Below, piece after piece: positions 53,031 to 61,999 of a DNA stretch of 64,000 nt. The notes beneath the pieces were generated by a model. It did not search any database. It was not told the DNA's origin and was given only the letters and a program-made list of their open reading frames with translations. This stretch comes from an uncultured delta proteobacterium. GTDB lineage: Bacteria; Myxococcota_A; Polyangia; Polyangiales; Polyangiaceae. Every line of letters begins with the position of its first letter. Position 1 is the first letter of the stretch. The DNA lies in assembly GCA_963841435.1 (NCBI GenBank), contig CAWJCS010000003.1, positions 1,487,365 to 1,551,364 of the forward strand, written 5' to 3'. Made by a program: the position numbers and the translations under genes.

Positions 53031-54332
53031 CTGAGAGATCCCCTCATCCCCTCACGGAAAAGTTGAGGGTCTAGGAATTTGTGGTGGGGGCGTTGGGTTG
53101 AAGGGGCATGCAGGAACAAGGTCAGCCGCTTTCCCAGCCTCAAGCCGCGCACCGCTTGCGTCGGCAGCCGCCTCGTCCGACGCTTTCGCCTCGATACGTG
53201 CATCAGTTTGTCGAACGACTCATAGGAGACGATTTTCACGCGAAGCGCGTGCTTTCCCTCGCTAACGGCGTGGTGGGTACCATCCACGCCGCCGCGTTGG
53301 CGGTTCACTTTATCGGGGAGGGTTTGGCGCTTGCGGAGGGACTCGACCCAAAGCACGCGATCAAACAGGTCGACCGTTTGCTCAGCAATCCGGCGATTTC
53401 CGTCGAGAGGTTCTTCGCCCGATGGGTGCCGTTCGTCGTTGCCGAGCGGAAAGCGCTCCGGGTAGCGCTGGACTGGACGGAGTTCGATCGCGATGGGCAG
53501 ATCACCATCGCGCTCTACCTGCTGACGAGGCACGGGCGGGCCACCCCGTTGCTCTGGAGGACCGTCAGGAAGAGCGACCTGAAGGAGCGACAGGGGGAAT
53601 ACGAAGATGCTATCGTTGAACAGCTTCACAGTCTTCTCGGCGCCGATGTGCGAGTGACGCTGCTGGCCGATCGAGGCTTTGGCGACCAGGCGCGGTACGA
53701 GCATCTCGACCGGCTCGGCTTCAGCTTCGTCATTCGTTTTCGCGAGAACATCCTGGTTGAGAGCGCCGACGGCGATTCGAAGACCGCCGCAGAATGGGTT
53801 CCGAGCAACGGCCGGCCCAAGCACCTGCGAAAAGCCAGAGTGACTGCTGACCGCGCCAACGTGGGCGCCGTCGTGTGCGTGAAATCGGCCGGAATGGCTC
53901 AGGCCTGGTGCCTCGCCACCAACCGTACCGACCTTTCGGCGACCGAGGTCGTCGAGTTGTACGGCCGCCGCTTCACGATCGAGGAGACGTTCCGCGACCA
54001 GAAAGATCTGCGCTTTGGCATGGGGCTGTCGAGCACGCACATCAAGGACCCGGCACGGCGCGATCGCCTGCTCATGCTCGCAGCCTTTGCACAGGGGCTC
54101 CTCACGCTGCTCGGCGCTGCGAGCGAAGCGTCCGGACTCGATCGCTACTTGAAGGCCAATACTGTCAAAAAGCGCACTCACTCCCTGTTTCGTCAGGGTA
54201 GCTATTACTATGCCGCGCTCCCCAACATGCGCGATGATCGCCTGTTGCCGCTCATGGACGCCTTCGGCAAGATCGTCGCCGAGCATCAGGTCTCGCGCGA
54301 ACTTCTCGGTGTCATATGAGGGGATGCCTCAG
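53031..54332 (+). mobile_element. IS4-family element (1302 bp)
   Basis: 16-bp IR CTGAGAGATCCCCTCA / TGAGGGGATGCCTCAG; 9-bp target duplication CTGTCCCCG (53022-30, 54333-41). Confidence 0.92.
53108..54319 (+). CDS. IS4-family DDE transposase
   Basis: VALDWT, LADRGF, YGRRFTIEETFRDQK (YREK-type motif). Confidence 0.92.
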   Translation: MQEQGQPLSQPQAAHRLRRQPPRPTLSPRYVHQFVERLIGDDFHAKRVLSLANGVVGTIHAAALAVHFIGEGLALAEGLDPKHAIKQVDRLLSNPAISVERFFARWVPFVVAERKALRVALDWTEFDRDGQITIALYLLTRHGRATPLLWRTVRKSDLKERQGEYEDAIVEQLHSLLGADVRVTLLADRGFGDQARYEHLDRLGFSFVIRFRENILVESADGDSKTAAEWVPSNGRPKHLRKARVTADRANVGAVVCVKSAGMAQAWCLATNRTDLSATEVVELYGRRFTIEETFRDQKDLRFGMGLSSTHIKDPARRDRLLMLAAFAQGLLTLLGAASEASGLDRYLKANTVKKRTHSLFRQGSYYYAALPNMRDDRLLPLMDAFGKIVAEHQVSRELLGVI

Positions 54333-55598
54333 CTGTCCCCGTCGCCTCACCAAACGCCGAGTACTCCGCGCCGAACGGCACATCGCTCGAATCGGCAATG
54401 TTCACCACGTACCGCGGCGACCCCAAATGGTCGCTCACCACCCGGTACGTCGCACCCCCACGCACGACGTAATCCGGCAGATTGCTCTTCGCCCCGTACG
54501 CGTACTCCGCCACGACCGCGCCCGCGCCATCGAGCTCCGCCACCGGCTTCAACGCATCCCGGTACACCCACTGCTTCAGAAGCACCCCGTTCTTCTTCTT
54601 CCCGACGCGCCGCCCCATCCCGTCCACCAAATACTCGACGAGGTCGCCATTCGGCAACCCGACAGAGAGCAAATTGCCGAGCGCGTCGTACCCGAACATC
54701 CACTCCTCCCCCGTGGAAGTATCCGTCTTCGTCTCCATCTCCCCATTTGCCGTGTACGTAAACACCCACGGCCCGTAGCTCAACAACCGGTCCTGGTCGT
54801 CGTACGTCCCCGTCCAGGTGCCGCGCCCCGCCTTGTACCCCGCCGTCCTGTTCCCGTTCTGCGTCGTAATCGAAGTGCTCATCGAGCACCCCGTTGATGG
54901 CGACGTCCGTCAGCCGTCGCAGCGCGTCGTACGTGTACTGGTACACCTTCGTGACGCCCAGCACCGTCTCCGTCTTCTGCACGATGCGCCCGAGCTTGTC
55001 GCGCTCGACGCCCGCAGCGTCGTACGTGATGTCCGCGATCGGCGTCGCCGAGTACGCGCTCGTTTGCCGCGCGAGCTCGCCGAAGGTGTTGTAGGAGAGG
55101 GTCTCCGTCGTGTTGCCAAGCGCAATCCCCGTGATGAGCCCATTCTGCGCGCTCCTCGTGAGCCGGAGCGCGTTGGCGGCGCTCGTGCCGCTGCAGCTCA
55201 CCGGCGAAGCACACGTGAGCAACTGGTCGGCGTCGTACCCGAAGACGGTCTGCCCCGTGCCGCTCGCGCCGGTCACCGTCTCCAAAATCTTGTTGAAGTC
55301 GTTGTTGTACTGCCACGCCACCGAGCCCGTGACGTCCCCGCTCCACGTGGTGCTCGTGGTGAGCATCCCGTCGTACGTGAAGTGCAGATTCGTCCCGTAC
55401 GGCCCGAGGACGTCGCTCGTCTTGCCGGCGCCGCTCGGCGTCCCGGGCGGGTAGTACGCGTAGTCCAGCATGCCCCCCGGGATTTGGACGGTGTCGAGGC
55501 GGCCGGCGCTGTCGGGGGTGCGGACGATTTGCACGCCGTCGGGGCGGGTTTCCGTGCGGAGCATGCGGTCGGGGTCGTAAGTGTAGCTCTCTTGATGC

Positions 55599-55727
55599 CC
55601 ACCCCCACGCATGCTCGGGGCGTGCTCGCGTGCTCGGCTTCGCCTGCGCGCGCTGCGCGCGCTCCCTGCGCGTGCGTGCCCCTCCCTTATCCATGCTCGC
55701 CTGCGGCTGCGCGTGGATGGGAGGGGA
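55599..55727. repeat. Conserved hairpin element, copy 4
   Basis: CCCTCCC-TT-ATCCATGC...GCGTGGAT-GGGAGGG; compensatory variant of copy 1. Confidence 0.8.
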
Positions 55728-55873
55728 GGCCTTTCCAACTGCAAGCTCCGGCTGGAACTGCGACGTCGGTGGCCGAAGGGGGTTGAGGTTGCGAGGCTCA
55801 ACACGGACGCAGCGTATCATGACGAACGCTCAACGGCGCGGACGCGGCGAGCCCCGCGTGATAGGCTACCGGC

Positions 55874-56113
55874 ATGCGGAACAGCCAAGCCCTTCTCGAC
55901 GAAGCGCTCAAGCTACCCGACGATGAGCGGGCACTCCTTGCGCTTCGCCTCGCAGAGAGCCTGGCCGGTGCTCCCGAGCCCGAATCCGAGGCGGCCTGGG
56001 CAAAGGAAATCACTCGGCGTATCGAGCGCCTCCGCGACGGGAGCGCTCGCGTTTTGTCGGGCGCCGACGCGATGGCTCTAGCCCGCGCTGAGGTGGCCGC
56101 ACGCCGTGCCTGA
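55874..56113 (+). CDS. Addiction-module antitoxin (TIGR02574-like)
   Basis: LLDEALKLPDDERALLALRLAESL...AAWAKEITRRIE; extended -10 TGaTAGGCT 6 nt upstream. Confidence 0.88.
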   Translation: MRNSQALLDEALKLPDDERALLALRLAESLAGAPEPESEAAWAKEITRRIERLRDGSARVLSGADAMALARAEVAARRA

Positions 56114-56401
56114 CGTCCTCGACGCCGCGAGGCGCGAGATGGCGCACGCCGCGACGCAATACGAGGGGTGGCGCAGGGGGTACGGCCACCGGTTTCTCGA
56201 TGAGGTCCAGGGCGCCTTCGACTCCATCGACCGCTTTCCGTTTCTCGGGAGCCCTTGGCTGCTCGAGGGGGTACCCGAAGGCGTCCGGCGCGTTGTGCTC
56301 CGAGCTTTTCCGTATTCGCTCGTCTACGTGACCGAGCCAAGGTGTCCGTCCGCCGGACCGCACCCGGTGCGAGGGTTGACGCCGAGGTGTGGCCGGTCGG
56401 G

Positions 56402-58048
56402 CTATTCGGCGGCGGAAGGCGGCGCCGCCGCGCGCGCCACCTGCCACGGCGCCGGCAGCAAATCCGGCAGATCCTTGAGACGCATACGGCGGGCGAGGCG
56501 CGGCAGCACGTCGGCGAGGTACTCGACGGGGTCGATCTCGGCGAGCGCCGAGCAGCCGAGGATGGTGTAGGCGATCGCAGCTCGTTCGCCGCCGGCGTCG
56601 GAGCCGGCGAAGAGAAAGTTCTTGCGCGTGAGTGCCGCGCGGACGTGCAGGCGTTCGACGACGCCGTTGTCGATGGGGATCACACCGTCTTCGAGAAACC
56701 GACCGAGCGCGACGTGGTGGTTTTGGAGGTAGCGGATCGCCGTGCCCATCGGCGAGCTCGGTGGTTCGTGCGGTTCGTGGACGTTCGCCCAGGCGACGAG
56801 CTCGTCGAAGACCGGCTTGCTCCGTGCCTGCCGCTCGACGAGCCGGGCCTCCGGCGTCGCGTCCTTCGTCCCCGCCTCGATTTCGTAAAGCTTCTTGTAC
56901 GCGGCGATCGGCAGCGCCGCGCGCTTGTCACCGCCGTCGAGCGCCTCGAAGAAGTAGCGGCGAGCGTGCATGTTGCAGCCGCACTCGATGAGCGTCTCGC
57001 GCTTGAAGCTCGCATCGAAAACGCCGGCCGCGTCGGCCACCGTGTAGCCGTTTCGGAGCTTGAGCACGTCTTCCGGCCCAAGCTCACCCTTTTTCTGCCC
57101 CGTCTTTTTGCCGGTCGAGGCGTAGAGGTAGAGCGCCGTCTCTTGGTCGCCCACGTAACCCCAGAGCGTTCCGAGCTTCTTGCCGCCAGGCGCGTCCCGA
57201 TCGAGCACTGGCAGGCTCGTGCCGTCCAGGTGCATCACGACCGACATCAAGACGTTCGCGATGGCCGCGCGCCAGAGCGGTCGGAGCAAGTCCGTCGCCC
57301 ACGTCACCTGGTCGGCGAGCGTCGAGACGCTGATGTCGAGCCCCATTCTCTCGAAACGCTGCCTCTGACGGTGCAGCGGCAGGCCATCCCAATACTTGTC
57401 CACCAAGAGCTGGGCGACGAGTCTCGCGCCGAGCTTGCCGCCCGAGACGACCTTGTCGCCCGGCGGTGCTCGCACGAGCTCGCCCTCGCACCGCTTGCAC
57501 GCAAGCTTCTCGCGAGCGTCGCGCCGCACCACGACCTCTGCCGGGATGAGCTCGATGACTTCCGTCACGTCGTGGCCGATGCACTCCCGCTCGGCTCCGC
57601 AGACCGGGCAGGGTCGCTCGGCGTCGGGCACGCGGAGCAGGTTCTCGATACGTCGCAGCTCCGGCGGCGGCGCCTTCCGCAGCGGCGGCTGCTTCTTGGG
57701 CTCCTTCGTTTCCTTCGTCTCCGGGTCCTCCTTTGCCCCGTCGTCGATGCCGGCAGCACTGCGGAGCCTTCGGTTCGCTTCGTCCCGCTCCTCGTCCGTC
57801 CCGCTCTCGCTCTCCGCCGCCGTAGCGAGTGCGTCGAGAAACAACAGCAGCTGCGCCTTCGGCACGCTCTCGTTCTTCTTGCGGCGCGACGCGATCTCGG
57901 CAAGCCGCTGCTCGAGCTCGCTATTGCGCGCCACGAGCTTCTCCACCACCGCGAGCACCTCGTCGTTGCGTCCCTCGGAGAGCAGCTCCTTGAGCACGTC
58001 GAGCACCGCCCCTCGTCGCTCGCTAGTGCTCTTCGACGCTCCGGCCAC
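56402..58048 (-). CDS. tnpC: IS66 transposase TnpC (intact, 548 aa)
   Basis: As copy 1. Confidence 0.95.
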   Translation of the reverse strand: MAGASKSTSERRGAVLDVLKELLSEGRNDEVLAVVEKLVARNSELEQRLAEIASRRKKNESVPKAQLLLFLDALATAAESESGTDEERDEANRRLRSAAGIDDGAKEDPETKETKEPKKQPPLRKAPPPELRRIENLLRVPDAERPCPVCGAERECIGHDVTEVIELIPAEVVVRRDAREKLACKRCEGELVRAPPGDKVVSGGKLGARLVAQLLVDKYWDGLPLHRQRQRFERMGLDISVSTLADQVTWATDLLRPLWRAAIANVLMSVVMHLDGTSLPVLDRDAPGGKKLGTLWGYVGDQETALYLYASTGKKTGQKKGELGPEDVLKLRNGYTVADAAGVFDASFKRETLIECGCNMHARRYFFEALDGGDKRAALPIAAYKKLYEIEAGTKDATPEARLVERQARSKPVFDELVAWANVHEPHEPPSSPMGTAIRYLQNHHVALGRFLEDGVIPIDNGVVERLHVRAALTRKNFLFAGSDAGGERAAIAYTILGCSALAEIDPVEYLADVLPRLARRMRLKDLPDLLPAPWQVARAAAPPSAAE

Positions 58049-58120
58049 CCACGCTTTCTATTTCATCGCGATCGCCAGTGCCAAGCACAATCGCAGGGTG
58101 TCACGTGGGATCACGTAGCG

Positions 58121-58501
58121 TCACCCGGACGCAGATGCCCGAGCGTGCAGCGGCGGCTCCCAGCGCTTCTGCGCGTGCACCACCCGGGCGTCGATGCCCT
58201 CGAGCAGCATCGAGAGCTCGTGCACGTCGAGCTCCACGCTCTTCGCCTCGCTCGTCATCCTCTTCGCAAACGTGAAACGCCCCTGCTCGAGCCGCTTGTG
58301 CACAATCGTGAAGCCGCCGCGAGTCCACAACAAAAGCTTCACCATCGTGCGCCGTCGGTTCAGAAACACGAAGACGTGCCCGCTCAGCGGGTCGCGCCGC
58401 AGCACCTCGCGCACCTCGTTCGACAAGCCGTCGAATGACTTCCTCAAGTTCACCGGCTCCGTCCCCACGTATACGCGCACCGCGCGCGGCAGAAGCAACA
58501 C
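58121..58501 (-). CDS. tnpB: IS66 accessory protein TnpB
   Basis: Identical protein to copy 1. Confidence 0.95.
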   Translation of the reverse strand: MLLLPRAVRVYVGTEPVNLRKSFDGLSNEVREVLRRDPLSGHVFVFLNRRRTMVKLLLWTRGGFTIVHKRLEQGRFTFAKRMTSEAKSVELDVHELSMLLEGIDARVVHAQKRWEPPLHARASASG

Positions 58502-58505
58502 GGGC

Positions 58506-58841
58506 CTACTGCCTCACCAGCTCGCCCACGAGCGCCACCACCCACGACGGCGGCACCCGCCCTGGATCCAGCTCGACCGCCACCCCACCCGGCAGACGCA
58601 CCACGACCGGGTGCTCGGCCCTGGCGCCAGACTCGATCCGCACCACGGCCGGAACGAGACGCGAGATCGCGCCGTCAACCGACTTTCGTCCGCGCTTCGT
58701 CCCCGCTCCGAGCCGACGCTGCCAGAAATGCAGCCGCTGCGGGTCGATGCCGTGCTCACGTCCGTACGACCGAGCCGATTTCCCGCTCGCCCGCCATCGC
58801 GACAAAATCTCTCCTGCCTCGTCCGCCGTCCAGCGTGCCAT
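58506..58841 (-). CDS. tnpA: IS66 TnpA-like protein
   Basis: Identical protein to copy 1. Confidence 0.85.
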   Translation of the reverse strand: MARWTADEAGEILSRWRASGKSARSYGREHGIDPQRLHFWQRRLGAGTKRGRKSVDGAISRLVPAVVRIESGARAEHPVVVRLPGGVAVELDPGRVPPSWVVALVGELVRQ

Positions 58842-59030
58842 CGCCGCCGAGTCTGCCGCGCCCAGCCCCGCGCAGGGGCGCCGTCAGAGGGTGCGCTCGG
58901 GCGGACGGACACGAGCCAAGATCCACGGTCGTCGCCATCGTGCATGCGAGCATGAGTCCAACCTACTGGATCGACCGGCTCGATGAGACCAAGTAGCGCC
59001 GCCCTCGACGGGCTCCGACGCTGACGCCCG

Positions 59031-59092
59031 GTCCAACTGTCGCTTGCAGCGGACGGGCGCGGACGCCCGCAGCTGAAGCGGGGGCGTTGGTC
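59031..59092 (+). other. Integron attC site (divergent sequence, same fold)
   Basis: GTCCAAC-TGT-CGCTT(G)CAGCGG(A)CGGGCG-CGGA-CGCCCGCAGCTGAAGCG-GGGGC-GTTGGTC. Confidence 0.88.
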
Positions 59093-59480
59093 AATCCGCC
59101 GACGGATAAATGCTCAGAGCCAGGTCAATCCCGCAATGACTCAAGACCCCTAGCAGTTGTGGTGAGAGCCGAAGTGTCCGACTTCCCAAGCCCTTGGCAT
59201 CCACCATCACCGCAATATCAAGTTCGGCGGCGGCCCCAGCCGCGACGATCTGGCGAAGATGCTCCGCAATGGAACCAAGATTCCTGGTTGCCTCTTCGAC
59301 AAGTTGGTTCGCTCCGCTGGTTTCAGCGACCAACAGGTTGAAGCCTGGTTCCTTGGGCACTGGTCCATGCCTTCGGGGTTCGCCAGCTCGCCACTGCCGG
59401 AGCAGGCGGTCGCGTGGAAGCCACGGCATCTGATCGGCTTCAATAGAAGGCCCTTGGATCCTCAGAACGGCGGTTAGCAA
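59091..59480 (-). CDS. Putative immunity protein (DUF4279-like)
   Basis: WRAGEPRR...GFNLLV...ELDIAV...LSHCGIDLALSIY; stop codon overlaps attC R'. Confidence 0.7.
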   Translation of the reverse strand: MLTAVLRIQGPSIEADQMPWLPRDRLLRQWRAGEPRRHGPVPKEPGFNLLVAETSGANQLVEEATRNLGSIAEHLRQIVAAGAAAELDIAVMVDAKGLGSRTLRLSPQLLGVLSHCGIDLALSIYPSAD

Positions 59481-59496
59481 GACTTACGTAGCCCCC

Positions 59497-61233
59497 TTAG
59501 ATGCACTGATTTTGTTCGGGGACGCAATAATCGGGAAGCACGGAACACGGGTCGAGAAGGAATGGGAAGGGAATGATCCAGTCCAGATCGTCCCAGTCGT
59601 CTCCGCCTCGGTCACGCGTGTTATCGGGACCTGGTTCTCCCTCATCCTTCCATTGCTCATGCAAGTCTCTCGCCTCTTCGTGGGTGAGGTCTGCGTCGCC
59701 GGGTTGCTTGATGTTCCGATGATACCAATTCCAAAACTTTTTGGCCAATCCAAAGAGCTTGTCCTTGGGCGACAGGCCATCTTGGTCGGCCCTGTTGATG
59801 GGATCGTTGGCAGCATATGCGTAAAGATCAATGCCACCCGCGAAGAGGATTGCGTCTTTCGCCGTCCACCTACTCGTGAAAGCGTCGTAGTCCCTTGCCC
59901 CGAACCTCGTCAGCCCGGAGTCTACGTCGTAGCCACCACCGGCAAACCCGAACGGCATCCAATCAAGGCCGGTCCCAGTGAGTTCTCCGAAGCTCGAGTA
60001 GTCCGCCCGGTAGGGAACGTCAGCCGAGTTGGTCACGTTCACCACGTAGCGCGGTGATCCAAGTTGGTCGGAGACCACCCGATAAATCGCACCGCCTCGC
60101 GACACATAGTCGGGCGCATTGCGCTTCGCCCCGTACGCAAACTGCGCCACCAGGTTCCCGCTCCCATCGAGCTCCGCCACCGGCTTGAGCGCATCCCGGT
60201 ACACCCACTGCTTCAACAGCACCCCATTCTTCTTCTTCCCGACCCTGCGGCCCATCCCGTCGACGAGGTACTCCACCAAATCCCCATTCGGCAGCCCCAC
60301 GCTCAGCAAATTCCCGAGCGCATCGTACCCGAACATCCACTCCTCCCCCGTGGACGTATCCGTCTTCGTCTCCATCTCCCCATTTGCCGTGTACGTAAAC
60401 ACCCACGGCCCGTAGCTCAGCAACCGGTCCTGGTCGTCGTACGACCCCGTCCAAGTCCCGCGCCCCGCCTTGTACCCCGCCGTCCTGTTCCCGTTCTGGT
60501 CGTAGTCGAAGTGCTCGTCGAGCACGCCGTTGATCGTCACGTCCGTGAGGCGCCGGAGCGCGTCGTACGTGTACTGGTGGACCTTCGTGACCCCGTTGAT
60601 CACCTCCGTCTTCTGGGTGATCCGCCCGAGCTTGTCCCGCTCGAAGCCGGCTTCGTCGTAGGTGAAGTCGGCGAGCGGCGTCGCCGAGTACTGAGCCGTC
60701 TGCTGCGCGAGCTCGCCGAAGGTGTTGTAGCTCAGCGTCTCCGTCGTGTTGCCCAGGGCGATCCCTGTGATGAGCCCATTCTGCGCGCTCCGCGTGAGCC
60801 GGAGCGCGCTCGTCGCGGACGTGCCTGCGCAGCTCACCGGCGAAGCGCACGTGAGCAATTGGTCAGCATCGTACCCGAACACCGTCTGCGCCGTGCCGCT
60901 CGCCCCCGTGACGGTCTCGAGGATTTTCTGGAAGTCGTTGTTGTACTGCCACGCGACGGAGCCCGTGACGTTGCCGCTCCACGTCGTCTGCGTCGTGAGC
61001 ATGCCGTCGTACGTGAAGTGGAGATTCGTGCCGTACGGGCCCAGGATGTCGCTCGTCTTGCCCGCCCCGCTCGGGGTGCCGGGCGGGTAGTACTCGTAGT
61101 CCAGCATGCCGCCGGGGATTTGGACGGTGTCGAGACGTCCGGCGCTGTCGGGCGTGCGGACGATTCCGACGCCGTCGGGGCGGGTTTCGGTGCGGAGCAT
61201 GCGGTCGGGGTCGTAAGTGTAGCTCTCTTGATG
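59497..61233 (-). CDS. rhs: Orphan Rhs core + toxin tip
   Basis: YD repeats; DPINRADQDGL then SPKDKLFGLAKKFWNWYHR...; first ATG at 61200. Confidence 0.92.
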   Translation of the reverse strand, partial: HQESYTYDPDRMLRTETRPDGVGIVRTPDSAGRLDTVQIPGGMLDYEYYPPGTPSGAGKTSDILGPYGTNLHFTYDGMLTTQTTWSGNVTGSVAWQYNNDFQKILETVTGASGTAQTVFGYDADQLLTCASPVSCAGTSATSALRLTRSAQNGLITGIALGNTTETLSYNTFGELAQQTAQYSATPLADFTYDEAGFERDKLGRITQKTEVINGVTKVHQYTYDALRRLTDVTINGVLDEHFDYDQNGNRTAGYKAGRGTWTGSYDDQDRLLSYGPWVFTYTANGEMETKTDTSTGEEWMFGYDALGNLLSVGLPNGDLVEYLVDGMGRRVGKKKNGVLLKQWVYRDALKPVAELDGSGNLVAQFAYGAKRNAPDYVSRGGAIYRVVSDQLGSPRYVVNVTNSADVPYRADYSSFGELTGTGLDWMPFGFAGGGYDVDSGLTRFGARDYDAFTSRWTAKDAILFAGGIDLYAYAANDPINRADQDGLSPKDKLFGLAKKFWNWYHRNIKQPGDADLTHEEARDLHEQWKDEGEPGPDNTRDRGGDDWDDLDWIIPFPFLLDPCSVLPDYCVPEQNQCI

Positions 61234-61234
61234 C

Positions 61235-61317
61235 CCACGCCCCGTCCGTCCTCGCACCTGCGGTGCTGCGGGCGGCCGACCCCTCCCTTACCCGGGCTTT
61301 GCCCGGATGGGAGGGGT
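61235..61317. repeat. Conserved double-hairpin element, copy 5
   Basis: Near-identical to 51048-51130. Confidence 0.85.
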
Positions 61318-61356
61318 GGTTATGGCGAGCTGGAAGGGTCGGGCGGGGGCGGGTAG

Positions 61357-61671
61357 TCAGGCCGCATCCCGGAGCCATTCGAGGATGGCCTCGCGCAGGG
61401 CTGCGTGCAGGCTGAGGCCCCTGCGGCGCGCACGGGTCTCGAGCTTCTTCCAGATGGCCGGAGGGAACCGCACCGACCGCGGCTCCGTGCCACCGACCTC
61501 CTGAAGTCGCTTGGGCCGCCCCCGTCCGACCTGCACCACGATGCCCTCGCGTGCGATGCGTTTGGCGTACGGGTTACGGCGAACGCGCCCCTTGGAGAAG
61601 TCCACCTCGGGGATCTCCTCGAGCGAAGCCTTCGACGGCTCGCGGTGCCTATGCTTGCTTGCCTTCTTCAT
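61357..61671 (-). CDS. BrnA-like antitoxin with C-terminal RHH
   Basis: MKKASK...EIPEVDFSKGRVRRNPYA...RGRPK...RSVRFP..IWKKL; overlaps the brnT end. Confidence 0.8.
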   Translation of the reverse strand: MKKASKHRHREPSKASLEEIPEVDFSKGRVRRNPYAKRIAREGIVVQVGRGRPKRLQEVGGTEPRSVRFPPAIWKKLETRARRRGLSLHAALREAILEWLRDAA

Positions 61672-61924
61672 ACCGTCTCCTCTCTGTACGGGTTGCGAGG
61701 CGGGCGCTGATGATGCGCAGCTCGTCCGGGCTGCGCTCCGCAAAAACAACGACCAAGAGCCTTCCTCCAGCAGACTCGCCGAGGATCAGGGCCCGCTCCG
61801 CGTGCACTCGGTCGTTGACCACTTCAGCCAAGGCGTCGGCGAACACCGTCGCCGCCTCGGAAAACGTCACGCCGTGCTTGCTCTCATTCGAACGAGCCTT
61901 GCGGGGGTCCCAGCTGAACCGCAC
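61649..61924 (-). CDS. brnT: BrnT ribonuclease toxin
   Basis: MRFSWDPRKARSNESKHGVTFSEAATVF...RIISARLATRTERRRYE. Confidence 0.95.
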   Translation of the reverse strand: MRFSWDPRKARSNESKHGVTFSEAATVFADALAEVVNDRVHAERALILGESAGGRLLVVVFAERSPDELRIISARLATRTERRRYEEGKQA

Positions 61925-61929
61925 CTGAT

Positions 61930-61960
61930 AAGTGTATTACACTTGCAAAGGCAACGGCAA
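61930..61960 (-). promoter_or_regulatory. brnTA promoter and palindromic operator
   Basis: Perfect IR AAGTGTA-T-TACACTT (61930-44) covers -10 TACACT, 6 nt before the GTG; TTGCCG 18 bp upstream. Confidence 0.75.
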
Positions 61961-61999
61961 GGACGCCCTCGCGAGCCGCCGAGACGCTTGCGCAACCTG

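Larger units (their letters stand above)
52555..55597 (-). pseudogene. rhs: Orphan Rhs core + Cys/Pro-rich toxin tip, interrupted by IS4 (plus frameshift ~54862)
   Basis: ORFs 54347..55804, 54286..54882 and 52555..53010 reassemble to ...FGEATGT|GLDWMPFGFAGG...DPINWRDPFGT + CT. Confidence 0.9.
56342..58912 (-). mobile_element. IS66-family element, copy 2 (2571 bp)
   Basis: Same IRs as copy 1; 8-bp target duplication GAGCCAAG (56334-41, 58913-20). Confidence 0.95.
56106..58996 (+). pseudogene. ParE/RelE-family toxin interrupted by IS66
   Basis: Removing the IS and one target copy gives in-frame ...VRRVVLRAFPYSLVYVTEPRSTVVAIVHASMSPTYWIDRLDETK*. Confidence 0.88.

Noticed and set aside
13-58438. 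Many long ORFs (e.g. 13..1365, 1226..3589, 30485..33091, 34016..35941, 44779..47313, 56255..58438)
   Set aside because: Arg/Ala-rich shadow frames antisense to or overlapping recognisable genes in high-GC DNA.
45216-58912. Composite transposon formed by the two IS66 copies
   Set aside because: Each copy has its own distinct target duplication inside a different gene.
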